Of a stretch of 30,102 bases of DNA, positions 1 to 8,006 are shown piece after piece. Positions within the stretch are counted from its first letter, which is position 1. Every line of letters starts with the position of its first letter. The notes beneath the pieces were generated by a model that made no database searches, was not told the origin of the DNA, and was given only the letters and a program-made list of their open reading frames with translations. The position numbers were made by a program, and so were the translations under genes. The DNA is from a virus (lineage: Duplodnaviria; Caudoviricetes): positions 1 to 30,102 of IMG/VR virus record IMGVR_UViG_3300035322_000209; one strand, 5' to 3'.

Positions 1-1418
1 GGCATCACTTTTTGAATGTCTTGTGCAATAACACCAGAGCTTTTTGATCCATCCTTTTTCCAATTAAAGTCAACTCCTTTGATTTGATCTAAAGTTTCAA
101 GAGGTGCAAAAATTGGTTTGATGTTTTCTTTTAGTTTTTCATCAGATGACACTGTAGCTGATGCAGCAATCACATCTCCATCTACATGCAAGTCTCCATC
201 TGCTTCAAGTCTCATTTCATTTGATCCATTGACATAAAAATCCATCTGTGTGTCTGTAGTCCAGGTGATGTAGTCGCCAGAATCTTTTCCAAATGTGTCT
301 GCATAGACAGTTGTAGCATCAATTTGACCATTGTTTGTTGATGCAGCTTCTCCAACTCCTAAACAGTGAAATTGAATGTGTCCAGATGTTCCTAGTCCTA
401 TGGAGTCTCTTGCAGTTGATCCTGTTTCAACTCCGAAATTTGTTCCATCACCTACAACAAAGCCTCCATCAGTAGCTGTCAGAGCAGCTAAAGAGTCAGA
501 AGAGTTGTTTGCAACATAGTCAACAACAGCTGCACTTGTTGGAAGTGTAGTGTCATTGTCATTTGATCCTATGCCTTCAGCTTCAGTCACTATAGCAGCA
601 TCAGCAATCTTTGCAATTGTTACTGCATCATCTGCAATGGTCAAAGCTCCAGACCCTGTCACATCTCCTGTATGTGTCGCATTTGTCACCTTTGCAGTGT
701 TTGCTGTTATGGCTGAAGCTTGCTCAGAGCTGATTCCTGTTTTTGCTGTATTTGCTGCAATTTCAGTGTTGATTGAGTTTGCTAGTTTGTCAGCAGTCAC
801 TGCATCATCAGCAATGTGAGCTGTGTCAATAGAACCATCAACAAAATGCTCAGAATCAATTGAGTCATCAGCAATTTTTGTCCCATCTACTGCATCTGCT
901 GCAATGGTCAAAGCAGTTGCTCCTGTCACATCTCCTGTGTGAGTTGCATTTGTCACTTTTGCTGTATTTGCTGCAATTTCTGTATTAATCGAATTTGCTA
1001 GTTTGTCAGCAGTGACAGCATCATCAGCCAGGTTTGATGTGCCTACAGCTCCTGCATCTGTTGAGAGCTTACCAGCAAGAGATGTTGTCATAGTCCCTGC
1101 AAAGTCTGCATCATCATTAAGTGAAGCAGCAAGCTCATTCAGCGTATCTAAAGCAGCAGGAGCTGCATCAATTGCATTTGCCACAGCAGTGTCTGCATAG
1201 GCAGTTGTCGCTATTTTTGTGGAATTATCTCCAGCAGTCTGTGTTGTTGTAGTTGGATTCCCTCCTAAAGCAACATCATCTGCAATTCTAGCAGAAGTCA
1301 CAAAGTCATCTGCATAGATTTCTGCAAAATTGTTTTTTGCTTTTGTCATAGCAGCTCTGAGATTATCACCATCTCCAGAATTTGCTGCTGTGCCTGTATT
1401 TATCACCTCTAAGCTCAT
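1..1418 (-). CDS. Tail fibre with C-terminal intramolecular chaperone (peptidase S74-like); runs off the left edge
   Basis: Not in the ORF track; read by hand from ATG at 1418: MSLEVINTGTAANSGDGDNLRAAMTKAKNNFAEIY (common fibre N-terminal adaptor motif), APAALDTLNELAASLNDDADFA, IADDAVT repeats, and SSDEKLKENIK...FNWKKDGSKSSGVIAQDIQKVM, typical of S74 domains. Confidence 0.88.
   Translation of the reverse strand, partial: MSLEVINTGTAANSGDGDNLRAAMTKAKNNFAEIYADDFVTSARIADDVALGGNPTTTTQTAGDNSTKIATTAYADTAVANAIDAAPAALDTLNELAASLNDDADFAGTMTTSLAGKLSTDAGAVGTSNLADDAVTADKLANSINTEIAANTAKVTNATHTGDVTGATALTIAADAVDGTKIADDSIDSEHFVDGSIDTAHIADDAVTADKLANSINTEIAANTAKTGISSEQASAITANTAKVTNATHTGDVTGSGALTIADDAVTIAKIADAAIVTEAEGIGSNDNDTTLPTSAAVVDYVANNSSDSLAALTATDGGFVVGDGTNFGVETGSTARDSIGLGTSGHIQFHCLGVGEAASTNNGQIDATTVYADTFGKDSGDYITWTTDTQMDFYVNGSNEMRLEADGDLHVDGDVIAASATVSSDEKLKENIKPIFAPLETLDQIKGVDFNWKKDGSKSSGVIAQDIQKVM
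634..1029. repeat. Internal duplications in the tail fibre
   Basis: About 743-813 matches about 958-1029 (ADDAVTADKLANSINTEIAANTAK), and about 634-695 matches about 901-962 (AKVTNATHTGDVTG..ALTIA). Differences are mostly at third codon positions. Confidence 0.8.
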
Positions 1419-1427
1419 AGAATTAAA

Positions 1428-1595
1428 TTAAAAAGTTGTTTGATCTGCAGTGTATATTGTTTGATCTGCAGTGATTGTTGTTAAATCTGCTGAAAGGATT
1501 CCTCCATCTGCATTGAATGGATAGATTGAACCCCATCCACTTGCTGCATTTGTGTCTCCCCACCAGCTTGTTGTATATATCTGTCCATAACTCAT
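1428..1595 (-). CDS. Small virion-associated protein, 55 aa (MSYGQIYTTSWWGD...TADQTIYTADQTTF)
   Basis: Read by hand; ATGA overlap with the upstream stop at 1592-1594; 21-bp-period repeat encoding TADQT; fits better than the listed 1423..1623 ORF. Confidence 0.75.
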   Translation of the reverse strand: MSYGQIYTTSWWGDTNAASGWGSIYPFNADGGILSADLTTITADQTIYTADQTTF

Positions 1596-2098
1596 AGAAC
1601 CCAATCGATTTTGTATGATTCATAATTTGGACTCATGTCCTCATTGCTGTTTGAAAACCATTCTGGGAAGTTTGTAGAGGCATTAAATGCCATGTGATCT
1701 AGAAACCTCTCTGTGTAGCTCTCAGCTCTTTGTCTTTCTATTTGTACAAGATCCTTGATCTCTTCAGCAGAAGGCTCAGAAGCGTTCTCTGATGTATGTT
1801 TGAACACTCCTTTGTTTGAGATAGTGTAGGCTGCTGTCTTTAGAAACTCTGAAAGAGTCAAGTGGATCAAAATTGGCTTTACAAAATTGTTGAGCAGATC
1901 CAGATAGGGATTTGACAGTGAGCTTCCAGCAATATCAGATGCAAGTTTGTTGTAAAGGTCAGTCCCTATGATCTCTCTGAGATATTGAGTCTGAGCTAGG
2001 TGCAAAGCAGGCACAAGCTTATCACTGTCTATTGAGGAGTCCAGGATAGGACTCTTTCTGATTATATCGTTTTTGCTACAAAATAAAACTGTTGCCAT
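1592..2098 (-). CDS. Putative head-tail adaptor/connector
   Basis: 168 aa helical protein directly after the portal; call rests on size and position. Confidence 0.55.
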   Translation of the reverse strand: MATVLFCSKNDIIRKSPILDSSIDSDKLVPALHLAQTQYLREIIGTDLYNKLASDIAGSSLSNPYLDLLNNFVKPILIHLTLSEFLKTAAYTISNKGVFKHTSENASEPSAEEIKDLVQIERQRAESYTERFLDHMAFNASTNFPEWFSNSNEDMSPNYESYKIDWVL

Positions 2099-2099
2099 A

Positions 2100-3830
2100 T
2101 TAAACTGCTCTTCCTTTATTTGGTCGGTCTCCTGGAGGAGTTCCTTCTATTCCTTTTCTTTTTAGTCCTGGCACATTTGCCACTCTCTTGTCATTTTCTA
2201 GATCATCTGTGCTGCTAGGCTCTAGGAACTTTCCTTGAGTGTCTCTTTTTCTGAAAAAAATCATTCTTTTGAAAAAATGTCTGCAGTTAACACCTCCAGA
2301 ATAGAGAAAAATGCTATAGTTGTCAGATCCTCCTTTTCCTAGTCCTGGATTTGGATCTAGTGCTGACAGTGCATCAATATCTTCTAGCCTATAAAGTAGT
2401 CCATGCTTTGTGCCTGCATTTCTTGACATCATCTCAACACAAAACTTTCTTTGTGGATTAGGATTTCCAGCATAGACATATCTCAGTTTGTAAAGACCTT
2501 TGTCCTCTTTGCTTTTAGTGTCTCCATCTGCAGTGTTTGCAAACATGTCTATTTTTGACAAACTGTACTCATGCTGTGGATCTGTGACTGCTGTCTCTTC
2601 TATCAGTTCCCACTCATCAGAAATGTCCTCTCCATACTGTGACAGCTTTTCTATGATTAAACTTTCATGCTCTACACTTAGATCTGGTTTCTGACTTGAC
2701 AACTGCTGTCCTGTTTCCTCTTCAACTTGCTCCTTTGTCACAGCATTGTCTGTATCTGTGAACTCTATTGGAGTCAGTGTCTGCACATAAAGATCTAAAG
2801 AGATGCCATTTACTCCTAGGATGTCATCAACTGCATCTATAATGTCATTTTGATAGGGTTTTATCACTAGGTTTTCAAACAGATTGTGTGCGTTCTGTAT
2901 CTCTTCTGCATTGTTTCCAAGTGAGTTCCCTGTGTCTCTGATTCCTACTAGAAGAGGTGATGTGATTCTGTGTCCTATCATGAGCTTCCTGGAACACTCT
3001 TCAGAGATGTACTGATAGACTTCTGCAGAGTTTGGGGGGTTTATGTCCTCAATGGTTGTTTTGTTCTCTACAGAGTCGCTAAATGAGACAATCACTTTCT
3101 CTCCATGTACTCCTGTGAGCTTGTCTGTGATCTCTTGTTTGATTTTTCTCATGCCCTCCACTGATGGAGATCCATTTGCAAATGAAACCAGCTTTGATCC
3201 AGAGAAAGAGTTCTCAACTTCATTGACTAGGAACTCACTGATTGAACATTCTAGTTTTCCGTAGTTTAAAGATCCAATGTAGTCTGGCACTGAGTAGTAG
3301 TGCATTGATGGAATGTGCCTTCTAATGATGTAAATCTCATTTTTTGCACCAGATCCAAACACAGGAATCCTAGTCAGATTGTCTCCATCTTTGTAGTCTT
3401 TCCATTTTGGATGATAATAGTAGGCATTTATTGCACCTTTGTCATCACACTTCTCTGCCCTTAGTGTCTCTCTGTTAAAATGTGATACTTTGACCACTTT
3501 TTTCTGTAAGTAGCTCACCTGGATAGCAGCTTCTCCCAGGAGCTTGTAGTCAAGTGCTATTTTCTTGAGGTCTTTAGCTTTAAATAGTGATCTAAATTGT
3601 GCAAACTCATCTGGCTTTTTAGAAGCATTGTGAGCATGCAACCCCTTGCCCACGATTTGATTGACAATTCCTGTGATCGTGCTGTGTGATGTCGGACTGT
3701 TTAGATAGACATCTATAAGCTCATCATAGAAAAGATTGTTTGTGCCAAAAGCTACAAATTCTTTTTTTGCATCCTCTATGACTTCTGGAGTCTGATAGGC
3801 TTCTAATTGTATTACTTCTAGGCTATTCAT
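2100..3830 (-). CDS. Portal protein with C-terminal minor-head (MuF-like) extension
   Basis: Portal-like N-terminal region (SPTSHSTI, YKLLGEAAIQV, YYSVPDY, GHRITSPLLVGI, IKPYQNDI); C-terminus RKFC...GGVNCRH resembles minor head proteins. Confidence 0.8.
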   Translation of the reverse strand: MNSLEVIQLEAYQTPEVIEDAKKEFVAFGTNNLFYDELIDVYLNSPTSHSTITGIVNQIVGKGLHAHNASKKPDEFAQFRSLFKAKDLKKIALDYKLLGEAAIQVSYLQKKVVKVSHFNRETLRAEKCDDKGAINAYYYHPKWKDYKDGDNLTRIPVFGSGAKNEIYIIRRHIPSMHYYSVPDYIGSLNYGKLECSISEFLVNEVENSFSGSKLVSFANGSPSVEGMRKIKQEITDKLTGVHGEKVIVSFSDSVENKTTIEDINPPNSAEVYQYISEECSRKLMIGHRITSPLLVGIRDTGNSLGNNAEEIQNAHNLFENLVIKPYQNDIIDAVDDILGVNGISLDLYVQTLTPIEFTDTDNAVTKEQVEEETGQQLSSQKPDLSVEHESLIIEKLSQYGEDISDEWELIEETAVTDPQHEYSLSKIDMFANTADGDTKSKEDKGLYKLRYVYAGNPNPQRKFCVEMMSRNAGTKHGLLYRLEDIDALSALDPNPGLGKGGSDNYSIFLYSGGVNCRHFFKRMIFFRKRDTQGKFLEPSSTDDLENDKRVANVPGLKRKGIEGTPPGDRPNKGRAV

Positions 3831-4188
3831 AAACTAGATAGTCATTTGTCGAGCTTGTTTCAAAAGTGAACTGTCCTGTGTTGACTGAATAGCTTAAAGC
3901 TGTTTGATCTGTGACAAAGAGCTTTTCCCTGTAGATCACTTTTGATGTTGCTGTGTCTGTTATTTTTAAAATGTAGCTCATGTCTTTGTTTGTGTCGAAG
4001 CCAAATGTTGCTGTGTGTGTTCTATAGTAGTCAACCTCAGCAAAGCTTGTTGCTGTAGCATTGTAGGTCTCTGTGTTGTTTGTCTCATTTGTGATTTGCA
4101 CCCTGTAGGTAGTTGATCCTGTTGAGTCATAGCTCCTAGGGACAAAGTTGATTGTGTGAGAAGATGATGATCTGTCCAGGATTGTCAT
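3823..4188 (-). CDS. Hypothetical structural protein (121 aa, beta-rich)
   Basis: ORF coupled to its neighbours in the structural operon. Confidence 0.6.
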   Translation of the reverse strand: MTILDRSSSSHTINFVPRSYDSTGSTTYRVQITNETNNTETYNATATSFAEVDYYRTHTATFGFDTNKDMSYILKITDTATSKVIYREKLFVTDQTALSYSVNTGQFTFETSSTNDYLVYE

Positions 4189-4358
4189 TTGCTTGTTTTA
4201 TAAATAGCTTTGTCTGTTTTTATTCTACCCATGGTCTCCAGAACTTCAACTCCAGAGTCACTGATCTCTTTTTTCAGTTGTGCTTTGCTGATCTCAGAAA
4301 ACTCTGAACTGTCAAAAGGCTTTTTAAATGCCTTAAATGTTTTTGTCTTTTTTGCCAT
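4185..4358 (-). CDS. Small basic hypothetical protein, 57 aa (MAKKTKTFKAFKKPFD...)
   Basis: Read by hand; A-rich leader; ATGA overlap with the next gene; fills the gap. Confidence 0.65.
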   Translation of the reverse strand: MAKKTKTFKAFKKPFDSSEFSEISKAQLKKEISDSGVEVLETMGRIKTDKAIYKTSK

Positions 4359-4382
4359 TGTGTTTGTTTTTATGTGTTTGAA

Positions 4383-4408
4383 GGGGAGGTCTTTTCAGAA
4401 CACTCCCC
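4383..4408 (-). terminator. Stem-loop after the capsid and tail-tube genes (attenuator or mRNA-stabilising hairpin)
   Basis: GGGGAG..TCT-GAAA-AGA..CTCCCC on the minus strand; no good U-tract. Confidence 0.45.
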
Positions 4409-4430
4409 AAACAAAACACAAAGAGAATTT

Positions 4431-4985
4431 TTAGCTGTTTGTTCCTACAGTGATTGTCTCAGTGTATGAACTCCAACCAGCTGTTGGATTCGCATGGGTT
4501 GCCCCATCAACAAAGTTTGGAGGAAGAGGCTCTTCAGATGTAAATTCCATCACATACTGAGAAGCATCTCCCATTGCACCTCCTGTCTGCATTGAAGCAG
4601 AAGTCAGTTCACATCCATGGTCTTTGCCTAACAAAAAGAATGATCCGTTATTATCTTCTATAATGATTGCTAAACGCTGAAAAGATATCAACTTTAACTC
4701 TTTTTGATCTTCCTTAGTTAATTTTGGGAGAGAAAGGGACAAAACAGTAGAGAAAAACGAAGTGCCATTGTCTCTTGACACATTCGCTGTTGTCTCCATA
4801 GTGTTGCCAGATCCCTTTAGGTCATATTGAAAAAGCGTTCCTGTGCCAGCAGCATCAGTTGCTTCATCATCACTTCCCAGAGTCACAGTTCCTAAACTTC
4901 CCCAATCAAATAGCCAGACAGTCTTTAGACCTCCGATTTGATCCTTGCAGTTTATTGCCCTGCCCTTACTGATACTACATGACAT
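4431..4985 (-). CDS. Putative major tail (tube) protein
   Basis: 184 aa; MSC.ISKGRAINCKDQIGG, SRDNGTSFF and IIIEDNNGSFFLLG patterns; follows the capsid gene. Confidence 0.7.
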   Translation of the reverse strand: MSCSISKGRAINCKDQIGGLKTVWLFDWGSLGTVTLGSDDEATDAAGTGTLFQYDLKGSGNTMETTANVSRDNGTSFFSTVLSLSLPKLTKEDQKELKLISFQRLAIIIEDNNGSFFLLGKDHGCELTSASMQTGGAMGDASQYVMEFTSEEPLPPNFVDGATHANPTAGWSSYTETITVGTNS

Positions 4986-5013
4986 ATCTTATTGGTTTTT
5001 AGTTAGTTAGAAA

Positions 5014-5946
5014 TTATGTGTAGTAAACGATCTCTGCAGCATTTGCAATGTTTACTCCTTGAGACCCTCTCAAAATCACTCTTGTATTCTGAGAACCATC
5101 AAATTTGCTCATGTCGATCACAGAGGCTTGATTGTTTTCAGAGAATAAAGCAGTTGAAAAGATCAAGTTGCTTGCTCTTGTAGCAATCATGTCATTTGTC
5201 GGCATCCCTGGGGCATGAAAGACCTTGACTCCCTCAAAGAAGAGTTCCTGTTGTCCTCTGTACCATGTAGCTCCTTTGTCCTCATAACCAGCAGCTCCTA
5301 AGCCACTTGCTCCGAATCCTCCTAAACTTGACACAAATGACTTAAAAATATGAGTTGAAACATATAGATAAAGGTCATCTGCTCCATAGATAGTGTTCGG
5401 AATTGCTGAGATTACTTTGCCCATTTCAGTAGGTGCATTTGCAGCAGTTACAGTTGTTCCTGTCACATCAACTACATCAGAGTCAGCAGCAGCTAGAACA
5501 GTCACTCCATCTGTTTGACCTTCTGTAGCATTTGCTCCTTGCCAAAAGTTTGTTTCCATGTTTGCAGCTACTTTGTCAACTACATGCTGAAGGATGAAGT
5601 CTCCTAGATCCTTTGCAATTCCAGACTTGATGCCTTTCATTTGTAAAGACTCCCAAGTTGTTCTGTAGTTTTTAGCACAAAGCTGTAAGTTCACCTGGAA
5701 CTCTTCTGGCTGAAGAACCAATTCTGTGGTTTCCAAAGTTCCTGTCGGGCTAAAATCACAGCTGGCTGATTTGATTAAGTTAGCATCAGAAGATAAAACC
5801 TGGATCACTTCTTTGCCTTGAATGTTGTCTCTGATGTCCACTGCTCCAGATGCTAAAGTTTTTCCAGAGAGCAAAGCTGCAGAGAGATAACCAGCAGCCT
5901 TCTTGCCACTGTAAGTGTTATCAGTAAATGTGTGGGTTGTACTCAT
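5014..5946 (-). CDS. Major capsid protein
   Basis: 310 aa, downstream of protease and scaffold; YSGKKAAGY, LQPEEFQVNLQLC, C-terminal EIVYY. Confidence 0.8.
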   Translation of the reverse strand: MSTTHTFTDNTYSGKKAAGYLSAALLSGKTLASGAVDIRDNIQGKEVIQVLSSDANLIKSASCDFSPTGTLETTELVLQPEEFQVNLQLCAKNYRTTWESLQMKGIKSGIAKDLGDFILQHVVDKVAANMETNFWQGANATEGQTDGVTVLAAADSDVVDVTGTTVTAANAPTEMGKVISAIPNTIYGADDLYLYVSTHIFKSFVSSLGGFGASGLGAAGYEDKGATWYRGQQELFFEGVKVFHAPGMPTNDMIATRASNLIFSTALFSENNQASVIDMSKFDGSQNTRVILRGSQGVNIANAAEIVYYT

Positions 5947-5948
5947 TT

Positions 5949-6560
5949 TTATTCTTGATTAAATTGATTCACTAAATTGTTTAAATATTTTGCTCTTGTC
6001 ACAGTTACATTTTCAAAAGTTGATTGTGCTTCTGTGCTGACACTTTCTGGATTGTGTGAAATCTCTTCCACAGCTTCAGCAGCAAGTTCAATGTCATTGA
6101 TGTTTTCCTCAACCTCAGCAGGAGCTTCTTTTGCCTCAAGCATTGTTTTGATCTCAGTGATCATGCTTGACAAGTTTTCTACTTCCTCCTTTGTTGCATA
6201 CACTACTTTGTGTGTTGTCTCTTCAGACTTCACTTTTTCAGCAGCATCATCCTCAGAAGCTTCCACTTCTGATGCTTCTTCTTCAGCAGGCTCTTCACTG
6301 CCAGCTTCTTTGATTTCTCCTATGATTCCTTCCTCTGTGACAGAGAGTGATTCCCCAGAGTCCAGGGTATATTCTCCAATAGGAAGAGGCACAGAGTCCT
6401 CAGAGTCACTGACAATAAAAACTTGCTGTCCAGATTCAAAGCTCTCAGCTTCGATCTGTGTCCCATTCTCTAGAGTCATTGTTGCAAGCTCTACCTTTTG
6501 CTCAGATAGCTCAATGCCCAAAGTCTCCTTGATTTGATTCAACATGTCTATTGCTTTCAT
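5949..6560 (-). CDS. Capsid scaffolding protein
   Basis: Very acidic (Glu-rich), PLPIGEYTL motif, coiled-coil region, directly upstream of the capsid gene. Confidence 0.7.
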   Translation of the reverse strand: MKAIDMLNQIKETLGIELSEQKVELATMTLENGTQIEAESFESGQQVFIVSDSEDSVPLPIGEYTLDSGESLSVTEEGIIGEIKEAGSEEPAEEEASEVEASEDDAAEKVKSEETTHKVVYATKEEVENLSSMITEIKTMLEAKEAPAEVEENINDIELAAEAVEEISHNPESVSTEAQSTFENVTVTRAKYLNNLVNQFNQE

Positions 6561-6581
6561 TCAGTTAAATGTTTATAGTAT

Positions 6582-6610
6582 TAAAACGTATGTGCAGCAG
6601 AAAATCGGTC
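6582..6610 (-). promoter_or_regulatory. Putative phage-sigma late promoter (GACCGA-N15-ACGTTT)
   Basis: Minus strand GACCGATTTTCTGCTGCACATACGTTTTA, 21 nt before the scaffold ATG; same boxes and spacing at 18095-18123 and 21128-21154. Confidence 0.8.
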
Positions 6611-6627
6611 ATATTTTTTGACCTATT

Positions 6628-6768
6628 TTAGATTGCTCCTATTCCCTGGGCATGAGTCTCTCCTGTGCAGCACTTTTTGTCATAGGTTTGCTTGTCTTTA
6701 CACAGACAGGCTCTGTCTCCACCTACTCTGTTGATTCTGCTGACTGTCTTTCTTGATTTCTTTCTCAT
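6628..6768 (-). CDS. Small Cys-rich protein, 46 aa (…RACLCKDKQTYDKKCCTGETHAQGIGAI)
   Basis: Read by hand; ATG directly abuts the protease TAA; CxC...CC motif. Confidence 0.7.
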   Translation of the reverse strand: MRKKSRKTVSRINRVGGDRACLCKDKQTYDKKCCTGETHAQGIGAI

Positions 6769-8004
6769 TTATTGCTGTTTATGGGTTTGACAAGGCATGT
6801 ACCAGGTTTGTCCTTCTAGATCATGAGTGTGAAATCCTTCACATCCTAGATCTTTTGCTTTCTCTTCTGCTTTTGTTTGGGAACTGTAGGCAAGTCTGTC
6901 ATCTATGATTGCCATTTCTGTGTCAATGATCATTGTTTTCAGCTCCTGGGACTCTAAAGGCACACAATTCGGAACTCTCCTTCCATTTTTCATCTTCATT
7001 CCTACCATTTCATAGCCTGCCTCGCATGGATTGTCATCATCTAGCATTTCAGAAAGCAGATCAAGCTCTCTGAGTTTAGATCCACTCCATCTCAAAGCTG
7101 ACTTGCCTCCCCATAAAAGCACGCTAATTGTGCCACATGCTGAAGAGTCACTCTCATCATAGTATTCCATGGCTCTTGAGAGATAGCTGTACATCCTTTT
7201 TACTGTTTCTACACTCACAGCTTTTCCCTGGGCAAGTTGAGTTGCTCTGACTTTGCCTACCTGGGTTGCACATTTGTTGCCATTTTTCTCATTCAGCTCA
7301 ATGCCTCTCTTTGCATTGTTTTTGACTCCAGATGGATAGTCAGAAAAAGATTCCATGTTATACTTTTTCTTTTTCTTTTTCTTTTTGCCATAGCCTAGCA
7401 TGTCTTTGACCTCTGACATCATGAACTCAGCCTCCTGGTTTTCCATTTCAGCAAGCTTCTCATCAATTGTTTTGTCTTTAGGTCTCTGAGTTGCCTTCTC
7501 TGACATAAAAGCCTCTATTGAGAAGCCTTTAACTTTCTTAGTTTTGATGTAATTGTTCCAGATGTCATCATCATTGACTTTCATAGAAACCATCCATGTC
7601 CCTTCTGGGAGATCCATGCCATAGTGTGCAGACTTATCTTTGTCTTTGTTCTCTATGATCCAGGACTCAACAACAGTCATCCCATCGAGCTTGTATTTAT
7701 GCTCTAGAGTAGAGTTTGATTGATTGCCATTGACAAAAAACATCTGTGATGCTTTCTCTACTGTCTGTTTATTGAAAAAGATGTAAAATTCCTCTCCATC
7801 ATCTGACTTTCTGTAGATAGGTCGGTTTGGCACTAAAGCTGCACCCATCAAGATTCTTTTTTCTTTGTCAACTTGTTCAAATTTTACCTCCTGGCTTTTG
7901 AGTGCAATCCAATCCTCTTCAATTGCAGGGTTTTCTACTAAAGAAAGAGCAGACACCCCAATGTCATCATTCTCTTCATCTAAGATTAGTTCTACTATTT
8001 TCAT
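6769..8004 (-). CDS. Prohead serine protease (XkdF-like) with multi-module C-terminal extension
   Basis: ALSLVENPAIE, GAALVPNRPIYR, TLEH, VESW, GTWMVSMKV and VKGFSIE motifs; upstream of scaffold and capsid. Confidence 0.8.
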   Translation of the reverse strand: MKIVELILDEENDDIGVSALSLVENPAIEEDWIALKSQEVKFEQVDKEKRILMGAALVPNRPIYRKSDDGEEFYIFFNKQTVEKASQMFFVNGNQSNSTLEHKYKLDGMTVVESWIIENKDKDKSAHYGMDLPEGTWMVSMKVNDDDIWNNYIKTKKVKGFSIEAFMSEKATQRPKDKTIDEKLAEMENQEAEFMMSEVKDMLGYGKKKKKKKKYNMESFSDYPSGVKNNAKRGIELNEKNGNKCATQVGKVRATQLAQGKAVSVETVKRMYSYLSRAMEYYDESDSSACGTISVLLWGGKSALRWSGSKLRELDLLSEMLDDDNPCEAGYEMVGMKMKNGRRVPNCVPLESQELKTMIIDTEMAIIDDRLAYSSQTKAEEKAKDLGCEGFHTHDLEGQTWYMPCQTHKQQ

Positions 8005-8006
8005 GA

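Noticed and set aside
634-1029. Diversity-generating retroelement TR/VR pair in the tail fibre repeats
   Set aside because: Mismatches are mostly synonymous and not adenine-specific, both copies are in one ORF, and no reverse transcriptase is in the window.
1423-1623. Listed 66 aa minus-strand ORF
   Set aside because: The alternative frame 1428-1595 has an ATGA coupling and a more protein-like sequence.
2124-2129. Fourth late-promoter copy (GACCGA at the portal 3' end)
   Set aside because: No ACGTTT box at the 15-nt spacing.
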